Of a stretch of DNA of 64,000 nt, positions 1-9,260 are shown piece after piece. Source of the stretch: a virus; the IMG/VR virus record IMGVR_UViG_3300042090_002405, positions 17,288 through 81,287 of that record; one strand, 5' to 3'. The translations under genes and the position numbers were made by a program. Under the pieces are notes generated by a model, which did not search any database, was not told the DNA's origin, and saw only the letters and a program-made list of their open reading frames with translations. How positions within the stretch are numbered: the first letter of the stretch is position 1; the number at the start of each line of letters is the position of its first letter.

Positions 1-574
1 GTACCCTCAGTTCGGCTTCCCGGATTGCCCCCTTGTCTTTCTGCCGTTCGGCCTTCCGCAGTCCGCTTTCGGCCGTCTTGATGTTCGAGGAGAGATCGCG
101 GCATCGCCATACGAAGCCCCGTACAAGCAAGATGCTCTTCGTCCCGAGCACGCTCTTGGCGGCCTGCTTGCCTAAAGGGACGATCGGGGTACCCGGATCG
201 AGAGAAGAGAGCTCCCGCGCGAGCCGTGGGGCACAGCATTCCGCCGCTCGGTCGGCCTCCTTGTCGGTGTCCCCGCGGCACAGGGCCGCATTGGTCGCGA
301 AGACGTCCCATCGCGAGATCCCGACGTCCGAAAGGGTGTCATCTAAAAGGGACCCGGATTGCCCGATGAAGCCGGTCTTGAAGACTTCCTCTTTTCGGCC
401 AGGCCCCTCACCCACTACGATCAGCTTCGGGGCACGTCCCGACCGGGGGGGTTCGTAGGGGACGACGGGGTTACCCCGTAGGGGGCAGAGGTCGCAGCGC
501 GCGCCGTGTTTGACGGGGTCGTATGACGAGACGTCACGGGGGGTGTGCCCGTCCCATGGGGAGAGGGCGAACAT
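1..574 (-). CDS. Family-4 uracil-DNA glycosylase domain protein (possibly the N-terminal domain of a SPO1-like DNA polymerase); runs off the window
   Basis: Not in ORF track; manual translation from ATG 574: MFALSPW...GARCDLCPL...KLIVVGEGPGRKEEVFKTGFIGQSGSLL...FATNAALCR...ECCAPRL...IVPLGKQA, which has the GEGPG, FxGxSG, TN and Fe-S Cys motifs. Confidence 0.85.
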   Translation of the reverse strand, partial: MFALSPWDGHTPRDVSSYDPVKHGARCDLCPLRGNPVVPYEPPRSGRAPKLIVVGEGPGRKEEVFKTGFIGQSGSLLDDTLSDVGISRWDVFATNAALCRGDTDKEADRAAECCAPRLARELSSLDPGTPIVPLGKQAAKSVLGTKSILLVRGFVWRCRDLSSNIKTAESGLRKAERQKDKGAIREAELRV

Positions 575-765
575 CAGTCGAGAAACCGCGGGCAGTTTCC
601 ACACGTGCACACCCCCCACCCGTCGGTATGGACCGCACGGGGGCACCCGCATCGCACCCTCGAACAGGTGTCGGCGTCGGTAGTGGCATCCCCGTCCTCA
701 TCGTCGATGAAGATCAGCTCATCGTCGAGATCGTCGGCACCGTCAACATCGTCAACCGTAGTCAT
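574..765 (-). CDS. Small acidic Cys-rich (Zn-binding) protein
   Basis: CxxxxCxC...H...CxCxxC; stop overlaps the UDG start (TGATG). Confidence 0.6.
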   Translation of the reverse strand: MTTVDDVDGADDLDDELIFIDDEDGDATTDADTCSRVRCGCPRAVHTDGWGVCTCGNCPRFLD

Positions 766-1003
766 CGGTCGGCGCTCCTTCCCTCTGTCTTCTTCTTCTT
801 CTTCTTCTTCTTTTGCCGTTTGCTGTTCCGTCGAAAGCGTCCGCCGAAGTCGTGCCCGACTGCGTCAGGAAGGGGGAGACCGACGTACGAAGAACCCACG
901 TGGGGGTAGACACGCGAGAGTTCGTTGCGGGCGCTCCTCGGCGGGCGCTTTCGACGGGGGAGGCTTGCGGACCTCCCCCATCCTTCTGCTGCACAAGATA
1001 AGA

Positions 1004-1027
1004 GATCCGGAGATCCGGAGATCCGGA
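1004..1027. repeat. Tandem 8-bp repeat (GATCCGGA)x3
   Basis: Seen directly, just downstream of the SSB-like gene. Confidence 0.8.
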
Positions 1028-1035
1028 TATTCCCG

Positions 1036-1644
1036 TCAGCGGCGGGCCTTACCTCCCTTCTGCACCTTGCGCGGCGCCTCTTCCTCTTCCTCCTCTTCCT
1101 CTTTGCTCTTGGTCACGAGGCCGGCACCTGGCTTCGCGAAGCGCACATCCGTATCCGTGAGCTCCTCGCCGCTCTCCGCGATGCGCTTGGAGTGCACGGT
1201 CCAGATCGTCAATTTTTGCCCCTCGAGGGCATCGAAGAGCGGCCGGAAGTCCTCCTCGGATGTCACCTCGGTCGGGTAGACCTCGCCCATGTCGATGTCG
1301 AGTGCTGTGCACAATGATCGGAGGCGTTGTTTCATCATGTTGGCGCCGCGACGCTTGGTCGCGTCCTCGTCGTCAAAGATAATGATCGACAAGGACACTT
1401 CGGAGCCCTGAAAGCTCTCGTTCTTCTCGTCCGCCGCCGTGAGCAGCTTGAAGGGTACGATAAGACGAGGATCGCCCTTCTGGGTGATCAGCATCTTGCA
1501 CTTCCCCTTAGGGATCTGTGCCTCCCACTCGCCCTCGGGGGCGTCGGGCTTGATCTCGGTGGATGTCTTTCGCGGCTTGAAGGCTAGTTTCTTCTCGCCG
1601 TTGCCGTGCCTGTTGGTTTCGTGCGTGCCGTTTGCCATTGTCAT
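1036..1644 (-). CDS. DUF669-like single-stranded DNA-binding protein
   Basis: APEGEWEAQI...KGDPRLIVPFKL pattern, acidic C-terminal tract, next to an AAA ATPase. Confidence 0.6.
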   Translation of the reverse strand: MTMANGTHETNRHGNGEKKLAFKPRKTSTEIKPDAPEGEWEAQIPKGKCKMLITQKGDPRLIVPFKLLTAADEKNESFQGSEVSLSIIIFDDEDATKRRGANMMKQRLRSLCTALDIDMGEVYPTEVTSEEDFRPLFDALEGQKLTIWTVHSKRIAESGEELTDTDVRFAKPGAGLVTKSKEEEEEEEEAPRKVQKGGKARR

Positions 1645-1761
1645 GGTCTCTTTCTTCTCTTCTCGGGTGTGCTGGATCCGGTGAGGCGTCCGGATCGGAC
1701 GTGCGCTGTCAACACTTCGAGCCGCACCGCGCGGTCCGAAGTCGTGCCTCTACGTTCTTTC

Positions 1762-2565
1762 TTACGAGGACGAAGAGGAGGACGTCCGCGCAGAGCCGTT
1801 CGGTTTCTCCTTCCGCTCGCGAGGCGCGGGGGAGCTCATCGCCTTCATGAATTCGCCGAAGTCGGCCGGGATGTCCCTCGTCCCGTCTACGCTCCTGCAA
1901 CCCGGCCCCCACACGCCCTGAGGGTTGATCTTGAAGACGCGCTCATCCCCACGCGCGGCCTTCTCCATAAAGATGACATCCTTGAAGAGGGCGGGGAGTT
2001 CCTCTCTTGCGCTGCCCCCGATCATCGGAACGATGCCAATCCCCGACTTCGGGCGTTGCGTCACGCCGGTCTCCGGATCGGTGATCTCGCCGGACTGTTC
2101 GATAAAGTGGGTGATAAAAACGGCGTGGGCGTTGATGTCCAAGGACCGCCGGACGATGTTGAGGAGCCGCGACTTGTACTCCGGCCAGTAGCGTCGGCCA
2201 TCCGGTTGCTTGCTCTTGTTGGCGACGGCGGAAGCATCGCGCAACGCGCCCTCTAGCCACGAGGCGTAGAGAGAAAAGTCATCGTTGACGATCCACTTGT
2301 ACTTGCCCTCTTTGACGCCCCGTCGGGCCTCCTTGAGGGCGGTCTCCATGTCGTTCTCGTCACGGATGAGATCCCACTCGAATTTTTTTGTCCGACGAAC
2401 GGCGGGCTCGAGGCCGCTCTTATCCCCACAGACGAGGACGTAACCCGGGCCGAAGGCACGGACGAGCGAGTCGATCGCCGTTGTTGTTTTCCCGCACTTC
2501 GCGGCGCCCATAAGGAGCACCCGAAGGTACGTCTCGCGCTCAAGCGCGGAAGCTGCATGCGGCAT
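1762..2565 (-). CDS. AAA_24/Sak4-like P-loop ATPase (recombination)
   Basis: Walker A MGAAKCGKTT, WIVNDDFS Walker B-like, VFITH; RBS GAAGGGG before ATG 2565. Confidence 0.8.
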   Translation of the reverse strand: MPHAASALERETYLRVLLMGAAKCGKTTTAIDSLVRAFGPGYVLVCGDKSGLEPAVRRTKKFEWDLIRDENDMETALKEARRGVKEGKYKWIVNDDFSLYASWLEGALRDASAVANKSKQPDGRRYWPEYKSRLLNIVRRSLDINAHAVFITHFIEQSGEITDPETGVTQRPKSGIGIVPMIGGSAREELPALFKDVIFMEKAARGDERVFKINPQGVWGPGCRSVDGTRDIPADFGEFMKAMSSPAPRERKEKPNGSARTSSSSSS

Positions 2566-2730
2566 TCTGATCCCCTTCTCCCGGCGCCGCGGGGAGTTCC
2601 CTTTGCTGTCTTTTTTTCCCGTCCCCTCTCGTATCTGCCGGCGTTGCGGGCAGCTCGTCACTCAAGCGGCGGGATGACCGTCCTACCTCTAGCGGTTCGC
2701 GCCCGCAAGAAGAAAAAAGACCGCCCCGCG

Positions 2731-2772
2731 AAAAGACAACGGCCCTCTCCGTGACGAGCGGAAGAGGGCCGT
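2731..2772 (-). terminator. Probable intrinsic terminator
   Basis: ACGGCCCTCT..AGAGGGCCGT stem followed by TGTCTTTT on the minus strand, downstream of the HNH gene. Confidence 0.55.
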
Positions 2773-2840
2773 CTGACACCCCCAAGGGCGTCGAAGCGCG
2801 GGCGGCGGGGAGCGGGCCGCGCACTCAAGGTGGTATCACA

Positions 2841-3455
2841 CTAAACCGCGTCGCGGTACGAAAAGAACTTGCCTTCTGCCCAAAACCCTTTCTTGAGCCA
2901 GAGGCACGACCCCGCAGTCGTCCGTCGAATGCTCTCCCGCAATTGCTTGTGCATTGCACGTGTTGCGCGCGTGGGTCGGCCCAGGCGGCGCCACTCTCGC
3001 CACGCGTGCCATGCAGCCCGGAGTACCTCGTTACGGTTGCCGCCTAAGGCGCGGAGCGCGGCGGCGAGCTCTCTGTAAGAAGAGGGCTCCTTGAGCAACG
3101 GTTTTTTGGCCTCATCGTCGGCCAAATCACCGATCCAGTCCTCGCGCCCTCGCTGGTGCCGGAGGTACTCGACGAAGGAATACCTACATCCTGCTACAAA
3201 AGTGCAACCCTTGCCTTGGTTGCAAAGGAGACAGCAAGCGATGAGATTTGACCCCTCGTCGGATCCGCCGGCTGCGACAGGGAGAATGTGATCAACTACA
3301 AGCTTTGTCTCCGGAGACCCCGTAAAACAAGCCCCGCAGTAGCCACACGCGAAGCCGAAACGCGAGAGGACGCGAAAGCGCACAGAAGGCCGGATCGAGC
3401 GCCCAGGGGGCTGCCGTCTCCTTTTGGACGAGTGTACTTTGCATGTCGGCATCAC
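2841..3455 (-). CDS. HNH endonuclease
   Basis: CGYCG...LVVDHILPVAAGGSDEGSNLIACCLLCNQGKG. Confidence 0.9.
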   Translation of the reverse strand: MMPTCKVHSSKRRRQPPGRSIRPSVRFRVLSRFGFACGYCGACFTGSPETKLVVDHILPVAAGGSDEGSNLIACCLLCNQGKGCTFVAGCRYSFVEYLRHQRGREDWIGDLADDEAKKPLLKEPSSYRELAAALRALGGNRNEVLRAAWHAWREWRRLGRPTRATRAMHKQLRESIRRTTAGSCLWLKKGFWAEGKFFSYRDAV

Positions 3456-5089
3456 GATCCCCCTTGTTTTGTCTTGCAGATCGCCTTGTCAATAGACATG
3501 ACGTTGGAGACGTTGGAGACACTAGAGACACCTGGGTCCCTATTATCGGCAGATCTAGGAGTCGTATTTCTTTTCGAGGATGCCCTAGCGTTTTGGGCGG
3601 TTATCCCCCCCGAGGCGTCTCTAGTGTCTCTAGTGTCTCCTGAAGGAACAGGTGCGATCTTTCGCGTAAACCCGCGCCATCCCCTCTTTTTTTCTGGCCC
3701 AATGTTCGTGGCGCGCTGAAAGCCCATCTCGAGGAGACGCTCCGCGAGCGCGCGCTCCGAAAAATTGAAGAGATTATTTTTCTCGCACCAACCCTTCGAG
3801 GTGCGGAAAAGATCCTCGTTCGTGATGGTGAGTTCAGAGCCGCGCGTCATGCGTTCCTCTACGAATTTCCCGACCCAATCCTCACTTTCGCGGTACTCGC
3901 GCGTCGCCTCCCGAACGGCCCCGGGAACGGGAAGTCCGGATTTCTGCCACAGGAGGCACCCGCGCACGCTCCACGCGAGGATGCCCTCAACTTCGCTCAG
4001 AAGTGTCTCCAGGAGGTTCCGATTCACTTTTTCGATGCGGACGGTGAAGGGCACCAGGGCGATCCGATCCCAGAAGCTATCCGACGTGTCTTTCACGCGG
4101 GGCTTGTGGTTCGTCGCGAGGATGATCTTGTGGGTCGGGTCGAACTCCCAGAAGTCTTCGCGCATACGCCGGGCTTTGAGGGTGTCGTTACCCGTAAGCC
4201 GCTTGACTTGCTCTTCGTCGAAAACCCGGCCCTTTTTCACTTCGCTTGCGATGGCGAGCCGCACCCCAAAGAGGTCCGCAACCTCGGTGGGATGCGCCTC
4301 GGTGTCTCGTGCCATCAAGAGCGTCGGCGCCGCGGAGATCGCATAGGCCCCCAAGACTGTCTGTAGAACGCGCAGAAAGACGCTCTTGCCGTTCCGACCC
4401 CCACCGAAGAGGACCACGAACATCCGCTCAGTGACGGCCCCCGTAAGGCAGTACCCGACGTAGCGCTGCAAGAACCCTCGTACCTCCTCGTCGGGCACGA
4501 CCTCCTTTAGGAACCGTTCCCACTTCGGCGCCTTCGCCTCAGCGCGAAAGTTGAAGGGGATGATCTGTGTGAGGAGGTTTCGCGGCGAGTGCTCTTTCAG
4601 CTTGCCGGTGCGTAGATCGATCGTCCCGTTCCGACAGTTGAGGAGCATCGGGTCACGGTTCAGCTTCGAGTGGTCGATCGCAACGTCGTCCTCTGCTTTG
4701 GCGAGGGCGATCATCGCTTCGACCCGCGATCGTGCCCGAGAGCTCTTGTACCAGCGAAGGATCGCGGCCTTCTTCTTGTCGTCGACGACCTCCTTGGCGC
4801 TCTGACGAATGTGCAAAGCGGTCGCCTTCGCGAGGGCGATCATCTTGATGCTGCCGACGTCTTGCCGCCAGCGAGCCCCGTCCCACACGACGTACTCCCC
4901 CCACGCCGGGACATAATGAAACTCGTTGTAGAAGAGGGCGGCTAGCCGCTCGGCGTTGCCTGTGTCTGTATGATCGTAAGAGCGGCTCACGATCCCTGCC
5001 CTCGCGCAGTCGTGACGGATCTCGTCTTGCCGCGTGTTTGGCCCTTCGGTGACGCCTTCGTCATAGGCTCCCCACCCGGCGCTTCTCAT
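3452..5089 (-). CDS. D5/P4-type SF3 helicase (D5_N + helicase, no primase domain)
   Basis: TDTGNAERL, LLNCRNGTIDLRTG, Walker A FGGGRNGKS, KRLTGNDTLKAR, ATNHKP. Confidence 0.92.
   Translation of the reverse strand: MRSAGWGAYDEGVTEGPNTRQDEIRHDCARAGIVSRSYDHTDTGNAERLAALFYNEFHYVPAWGEYVVWDGARWRQDVGSIKMIALAKATALHIRQSAKEVVDDKKKAAILRWYKSSRARSRVEAMIALAKAEDDVAIDHSKLNRDPMLLNCRNGTIDLRTGKLKEHSPRNLLTQIIPFNFRAEAKAPKWERFLKEVVPDEEVRGFLQRYVGYCLTGAVTERMFVVLFGGGRNGKSVFLRVLQTVLGAYAISAAPTLLMARDTEAHPTEVADLFGVRLAIASEVKKGRVFDEEQVKRLTGNDTLKARRMREDFWEFDPTHKIILATNHKPRVKDTSDSFWDRIALVPFTVRIEKVNRNLLETLLSEVEGILAWSVRGCLLWQKSGLPVPGAVREATREYRESEDWVGKFVEERMTRGSELTITNEDLFRTSKGWCEKNNLFNFSERALAERLLEMGFQRATNIGPEKKRGWRGFTRKIAPVPSGDTRDTRDASGGITAQNARASSKRNTTPRSADNRDPGVSSVSNVSNVMSIDKAICKTKQGGS
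3500..3640. repeat. Inverted arrays of 9-bp-period GAGAC/GTCTC repeats; candidate replication origin
   Basis: GGAGACGTT GGAGACACT AGAGACACC (about 3506-3532) facing GTCTCTAGT GTCTCTAGT GTCTCC (3617-3640), inside the helicase 3' end. Confidence 0.6.
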
Positions 5090-5209
5090 ATATTAGAACT
5101 TGCGCGAGGGACCCCGGGTCTACTATATGGACATCCCCTCAAGCAACCTCAAATCACCGAACCGCATCACGCACCGTACGACGCGCCGCAGCAAGCCAAG
5201 GAGCACCCG

Positions 5210-5446
5210 ATGAACTACGTCAATTTCTCGCTCCACTTCCCGGATGCCGCGGTCCTTAGAGAGATCAAGAGGGCGGCCAAAGCGCGGGGCATCTCGCCGG
5301 GGATGTTTATCCGTTTGTCCGCTGAACGGTGCCTCGCGCAGAACGCCGTTTTTCGCGCAGAGTCCGACGAGAAAGAGAAAGAGAAGAAGAAAGAGGAGGA
5401 GAAGGAGAAAGAAAAGAGGAAGCGCCCGGCGAAGAGGGCCGCTTGA
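5210..5446 (+). CDS. Ribbon-helix-helix (CopG-like) regulator with a charged tail
   Basis: VNFSLHFPD..LREIKRAAKARGISPGMFIRL; RBS AAGGAG. Confidence 0.7.
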   Translation: MNYVNFSLHFPDAAVLREIKRAAKARGISPGMFIRLSAERCLAQNAVFRAESDEKEKEKKKEEEKEKEKRKRPAKRAA

Positions 5447-5447
5447 C

Positions 5448-6653
5448 ATGAACGATGCGAGGAGAACGCTGCAACCGTCCGCCTCCAAGACGGGGCTCCT
5501 ACTAGAGTGCGCGTACCCGTTCGATAAGATCATCGCCACCACCGGCCCGGGTGACCGCGAGTCCGCCGACTATGGGCTCGCGTTCCACGAGCTCATCGCG
5601 TGGAGCATCGAGAACGACTGGGCATCACCCTCAACGAGAAGAATCGCCGAGACGGCGGCGCGGTGGGGCCTCGACGACAGCGCCAAAGACGAGGAGTTGG
5701 CCCCGCACATCGCCGAAGCCGCGGGGATCCTCCGACGGTGGCTCGCGGGCGCGAACCCCTTCAAGATCAACTTTCTAGAGGGAAAGACCCACACGGAGAT
5801 CTCGTACGCGCTCGGCCCTAGGGGGGCGCGTCGGATCGCCCCGCCGACCGTGGACGAGCACATCTACGAGGACCTTCGGTCGGGGGAAATAGCGGGCACG
5901 GCTGATCTCATGATCGAACCCGCAAGGAGAAGTACGCCGTGGCTCGTGCTCGACCACAAGACGGGACAGTCCGATTTCTCCGAGCCCCTGAAGATCCCCC
6001 AGCTCTTGACGCTCGCGGCGTGCGTCGAAGCGAGAAACGTGATCGTGGCCGTCTTGCATGCCCGGCGTCGGGGCATGACGGCCGTCTACGGCGACCACGT
6101 CCCCAAGGAGATGTTGACGGAACACTGCCGGAAGGTGTTTGGACAGCTCGCCCGGATCGGCGACGGCAGCATGCGGCCGGGCACTTGGTGTCTCTCCGAG
6201 AGATGCCCAGCCGCGGCCGCCGGGGTATGCCCCGCGCGAGATGCGGAGCTCCTCGAGAAGGCCGGACATGTTCTCACGGGCCTCGTGGAATGGGTCGATC
6301 CTGACAAATCGTCGATGGAGCGGCGAGTGTTCGGCTCCTCGCGGATGACGCGCCCCCAAAAGTTGGGAATGCTATACACCGTCGTCCAGCAAGCTGAAAA
6401 GCTCGCCGTGGCCGCGAGAAGAGAGATCCGTACCGAGGTCGCCGCCGGGGCACTTCCGGAGCTCCCCTCGGCCAGCGGCGGGGGCTATCTCACGATCAGA
6501 AAGTACGAGCGCGAGACATTGTCAAAAGCATCCTACGTGCGCGCGTACGGCGCCGCGGCGGCAGAGCGCGCCTTTCAGAAATTACGGCGGGACGGAGCCA
6601 TCGAGACGACAACGGTAGAAGCGCTGCACATAGAAAAGGAGCGGGGATCATGA
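5448..6653 (+). CDS. PD-(D/E)XK RecB/Cas4-like nuclease
   Basis: SASK..LLECA, YGLAFHE, E-ISY, GTADL, VLDHKTG, QLLT, PGTWC...CPA...C. Confidence 0.8.
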   Translation: MNDARRTLQPSASKTGLLLECAYPFDKIIATTGPGDRESADYGLAFHELIAWSIENDWASPSTRRIAETAARWGLDDSAKDEELAPHIAEAAGILRRWLAGANPFKINFLEGKTHTEISYALGPRGARRIAPPTVDEHIYEDLRSGEIAGTADLMIEPARRSTPWLVLDHKTGQSDFSEPLKIPQLLTLAACVEARNVIVAVLHARRRGMTAVYGDHVPKEMLTEHCRKVFGQLARIGDGSMRPGTWCLSERCPAAAAGVCPARDAELLEKAGHVLTGLVEWVDPDKSSMERRVFGSSRMTRPQKLGMLYTVVQQAEKLAVAARREIRTEVAAGALPELPSASGGGYLTIRKYERETLSKASYVRAYGAAAAERAFQKLRRDGAIETTTVEALHIEKERGS

Positions 6654-7147
6654 CGACAAAAACGAAAATGATAGACGACAACGATCGACGGTACGACGCA
6701 CGCAAGGAAGATGGCCCACCCCCCGCGCCCGCGCCGATCAAGAGGACGATCGCCGTTCGCCCGGCGCACAGCATGAAGGTCGTCTACGTCGCACACCCCC
6801 TCGGTGGCGGGCCCGGCCGCGAAGACAACCGCCGCGCCGCCGCGAAGTGGGTCGGAGAGATCGGCAAATTGGGGGTTGCCCCCGTGGCGGACTGGATCAT
6901 CCTCTCGGGGCAGTGGCCCGAAGAAGACGGCGGGAGGGAGCTCGGCCTACGGATCGACCGAGCTTTGATTGAACGCTGTGACGAGATCTGGCTCGTCGGG
7001 CCCCGTATCTCGCCGGGCATGACGATCGAGGCCGAACACGCCCGCACATGGGGAAAGCCCGTGCGCGACCTCACGGAGTGCGCGACGATCGAAGAGGTAA
7101 AAGACCTCCTCCGACAGGCCTCTAGAGAGGAGATCGTCTCCTCGTGA
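6650..7147 (+). CDS. DUF4406/nucleoside 2-deoxyribosyltransferase-like protein
   Basis: VVYVAHPL...IERCDEIWLVGPRISPGMTIEAEHA. Confidence 0.7.
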   Translation: MTTKTKMIDDNDRRYDARKEDGPPPAPAPIKRTIAVRPAHSMKVVYVAHPLGGGPGREDNRRAAAKWVGEIGKLGVAPVADWIILSGQWPEEDGGRELGLRIDRALIERCDEIWLVGPRISPGMTIEAEHARTWGKPVRDLTECATIEEVKDLLRQASREEIVSS

Positions 7148-8964
7148 AGGTCGTAGCAGTCGGCGATGGGATCTACGCCTTTCGGTGTTCGTACTTCTCT
7201 CGTGCGCTCGTTGATCACGCGAAGATGGTGCCGGGGATGCGCTTCGATGGCCCCTCGCGCGAGTGGAGAGGGTACGCCGACGCGTGCGCAGCTTTGGCGG
7301 CGCGCCTCCGACACGCCGGGCTAAAGTTGGACACGGACGATCTCCCCAGGCCGGACGCTTGGCGGACGGCGCCTACACCCTTCTTGTTCGCGACAAATGG
7401 ACTCCGCGACTATCAAGTCGAGGGCGTGCGCTTTTTGATCGCGCGGAGCACGCAGGGGGCACTCCTCGCCGACGGGATGCGGCTCGGAAAATCGCTGGAG
7501 GCGATTGTTGCCGCCCGCGCGATCAAGCAGAAGACGCTCGTTATCTGTCAATCACACGTCGTCGGGGTGTGGGGCCGTGATCCCGAAAGCCCCGTCGGGC
7601 CCGGTGAGATCGCGAAGTGGTGGCCCGACGCGTGGCTCTCCGGAGCCCTTCGGGGTGCCCCCGAGACGGGGGATGCGCCGGGGGTCGTCGTGCTTGAGGG
7701 CGTCCGTCCCGTTCCGAAGATGTGGCTGGCAGAGCACTCCTCCGCGGCGGTCGTCGTGGTCTCCTACGACATCGTCTACGCATGGACGGAGATCCTGAAA
7801 GAGTGGGATTTCAAGACTTTGATCATCGACGAAGGACACTGCATCTCGAACCACAAATCCCGGCGCAGCACGGCGATCGAAGAGCTCGCGGCGCACGCGA
7901 AAAGAAAGATGGTTCTCACGGGCACCCCGATGACGAACCGGCCCAGGGATCTGTTCAACGTGCTGGAAACGCTCGCCCCCGGCCGGTTCGGATGGTTCTT
8001 CACGCACGAAAGGCCCGACGGATCCGTTGGCGGATCCTTCTCGCGGCTGTTCTGCGACGCGAAGCAAAAGACGATCGGGAAGGGGCCCGAAGCCAGATCG
8101 GTTTGGGACTTCTCCGGCTCTAGTAATCTGGACCCGGAAGGGATCGGGGGCTTGGCGATTGCCCCCGAAGAGAGCCTTCGTTCTCGATTGGCGTATCTGA
8201 TGCTTCGGCGCGTAAAGTCCGAAGTCGATTCTCAGCTTCCGCCGAAGACTCGCCAGGTCATCGACGTTCGTATCCCGGCCACCAAGATGGTCACGATAAC
8301 GGGATCGATGATGTCCGATCGTGGGGCCCTTCGCAGGGCTCTAGATCTGTCGGCGGACGGGAAGATAAAGGCCGTTGTCGATCTTCTTCGTACGCACGTC
8401 GAGGAGGGCGAAAAGGTCATCTGCTTTTGCTACCGGCGACTCTTCGCCGAAACTCTCGCAAAGGAGCTCAAGAAGAAGGGCGCTTCGGCGGAGTACGTGC
8501 ACGGCGGGTTGGTCCAACGTCAGAGAGACGAGCGAATCTTGCTCTGCCGCAAGAGCCCCGAACCGTGCGTGCTCTGCGCGACCATCGACACAACCTCGAC
8601 GGGTATCGATCTATCCTTCTCGTCAGTTGCAGTGTTCGCTGAACTCTCTTGGGAGCCGCACGAACTCGTGCAAGCCGAGGAAAGGATCTATCGTTTCGGC
8701 TCTTCGGAGAAACCCCTCGTGCAGTACATCATCGCGAAGGGTACGGGCGACGAGCTCATCGTCCGTGCGGTAGTCAATAAGCTGGATGACTTCGAGAAGG
8801 CCATCGGGAAGACTGGGGATCGGATGAAGGAAGATCTCTCGGGTGGGCTCCGCGGCGAGGCCGCTTTGCGGCGGCTGGCGGGAGCCCTCGCAGAGATGCA
8901 ACAGGCAGCGCCCCCGAAAGGGAGAGCCGGCAAGAAAAGAAAGAGCGCGGGAGTCGAGCGATGA
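7144..8964 (+). CDS. SNF2-family (SMARCAL1/HARP-like) helicase
   Basis: LRDYQVEGV, LADGMRLGKS, IIDEGH, LTGTPMTN, QAEERIYRFG. Confidence 0.92.
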   Translation: MKVVAVGDGIYAFRCSYFSRALVDHAKMVPGMRFDGPSREWRGYADACAALAARLRHAGLKLDTDDLPRPDAWRTAPTPFLFATNGLRDYQVEGVRFLIARSTQGALLADGMRLGKSLEAIVAARAIKQKTLVICQSHVVGVWGRDPESPVGPGEIAKWWPDAWLSGALRGAPETGDAPGVVVLEGVRPVPKMWLAEHSSAAVVVVSYDIVYAWTEILKEWDFKTLIIDEGHCISNHKSRRSTAIEELAAHAKRKMVLTGTPMTNRPRDLFNVLETLAPGRFGWFFTHERPDGSVGGSFSRLFCDAKQKTIGKGPEARSVWDFSGSSNLDPEGIGGLAIAPEESLRSRLAYLMLRRVKSEVDSQLPPKTRQVIDVRIPATKMVTITGSMMSDRGALRRALDLSADGKIKAVVDLLRTHVEEGEKVICFCYRRLFAETLAKELKKKGASAEYVHGGLVQRQRDERILLCRKSPEPCVLCATIDTTSTGIDLSFSSVAVFAELSWEPHELVQAEERIYRFGSSEKPLVQYIIAKGTGDELIVRAVVNKLDDFEKAIGKTGDRMKEDLSGGLRGEAALRRLAGALAEMQQAAPPKGRAGKKRKSAGVER

Positions 8965-9225
8965 CCAACGGACGAGAACACGAACAAGCAAAAGACGGGC
9001 GGCGAGGGTGAAGATTCGATCGAGGACGTATGCCTTCTATCCTGCGACATTTGCGGCCAGGAAGAGATCGCGGAGGAAGTAGACGAGTTTTGGGTCACGT
9101 TCACGGCCCCTACGGCCTTCGAAGTGCTCGTGTGCGACGATTGCGCCGACGACTCGAAAAACCTCGAGAGGGCTCTTCAGATATTCCTGGAAACGCGTGC
9201 AGCTAGCAGAATGCTGGCATCATGA
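8965..9225 (+). CDS. Acidic C4 zinc-finger ORF with no in-frame start codon
   Basis: Manual translation: ...CDICGQEE...VLVCDDCADD...; in frame with SNF2 after its TGA; stop overlaps ATG 9222. Confidence 0.5.
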   Translation, partial: PTDENTNKQKTGGEGEDSIEDVCLLSCDICGQEEIAEEVDEFWVTFTAPTAFEVLVCDDCADDSKNLERALQIFLETRAASRMLAS

Positions 9226-9260
9226 GCACGGGCATGCACCCGAAAGATCGTTTCGCGCAG

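Noticed and set aside
752-994. 80-aa ORF over a (GAA)n tract
   Set aside because: Reading frame is ambiguous (poly-R, poly-K or poly-E) with no clear RBS
1762-2565. Genome-packaging ATPase
   Set aside because: Motifs and position beside the SSB fit AAA_24/Sak4; no A32/FtsK-type ATPase seen in the window
5448-6653. Cas4 as part of a CRISPR-Cas system
   Set aside because: No other cas genes or array; the context is a phage recombination module
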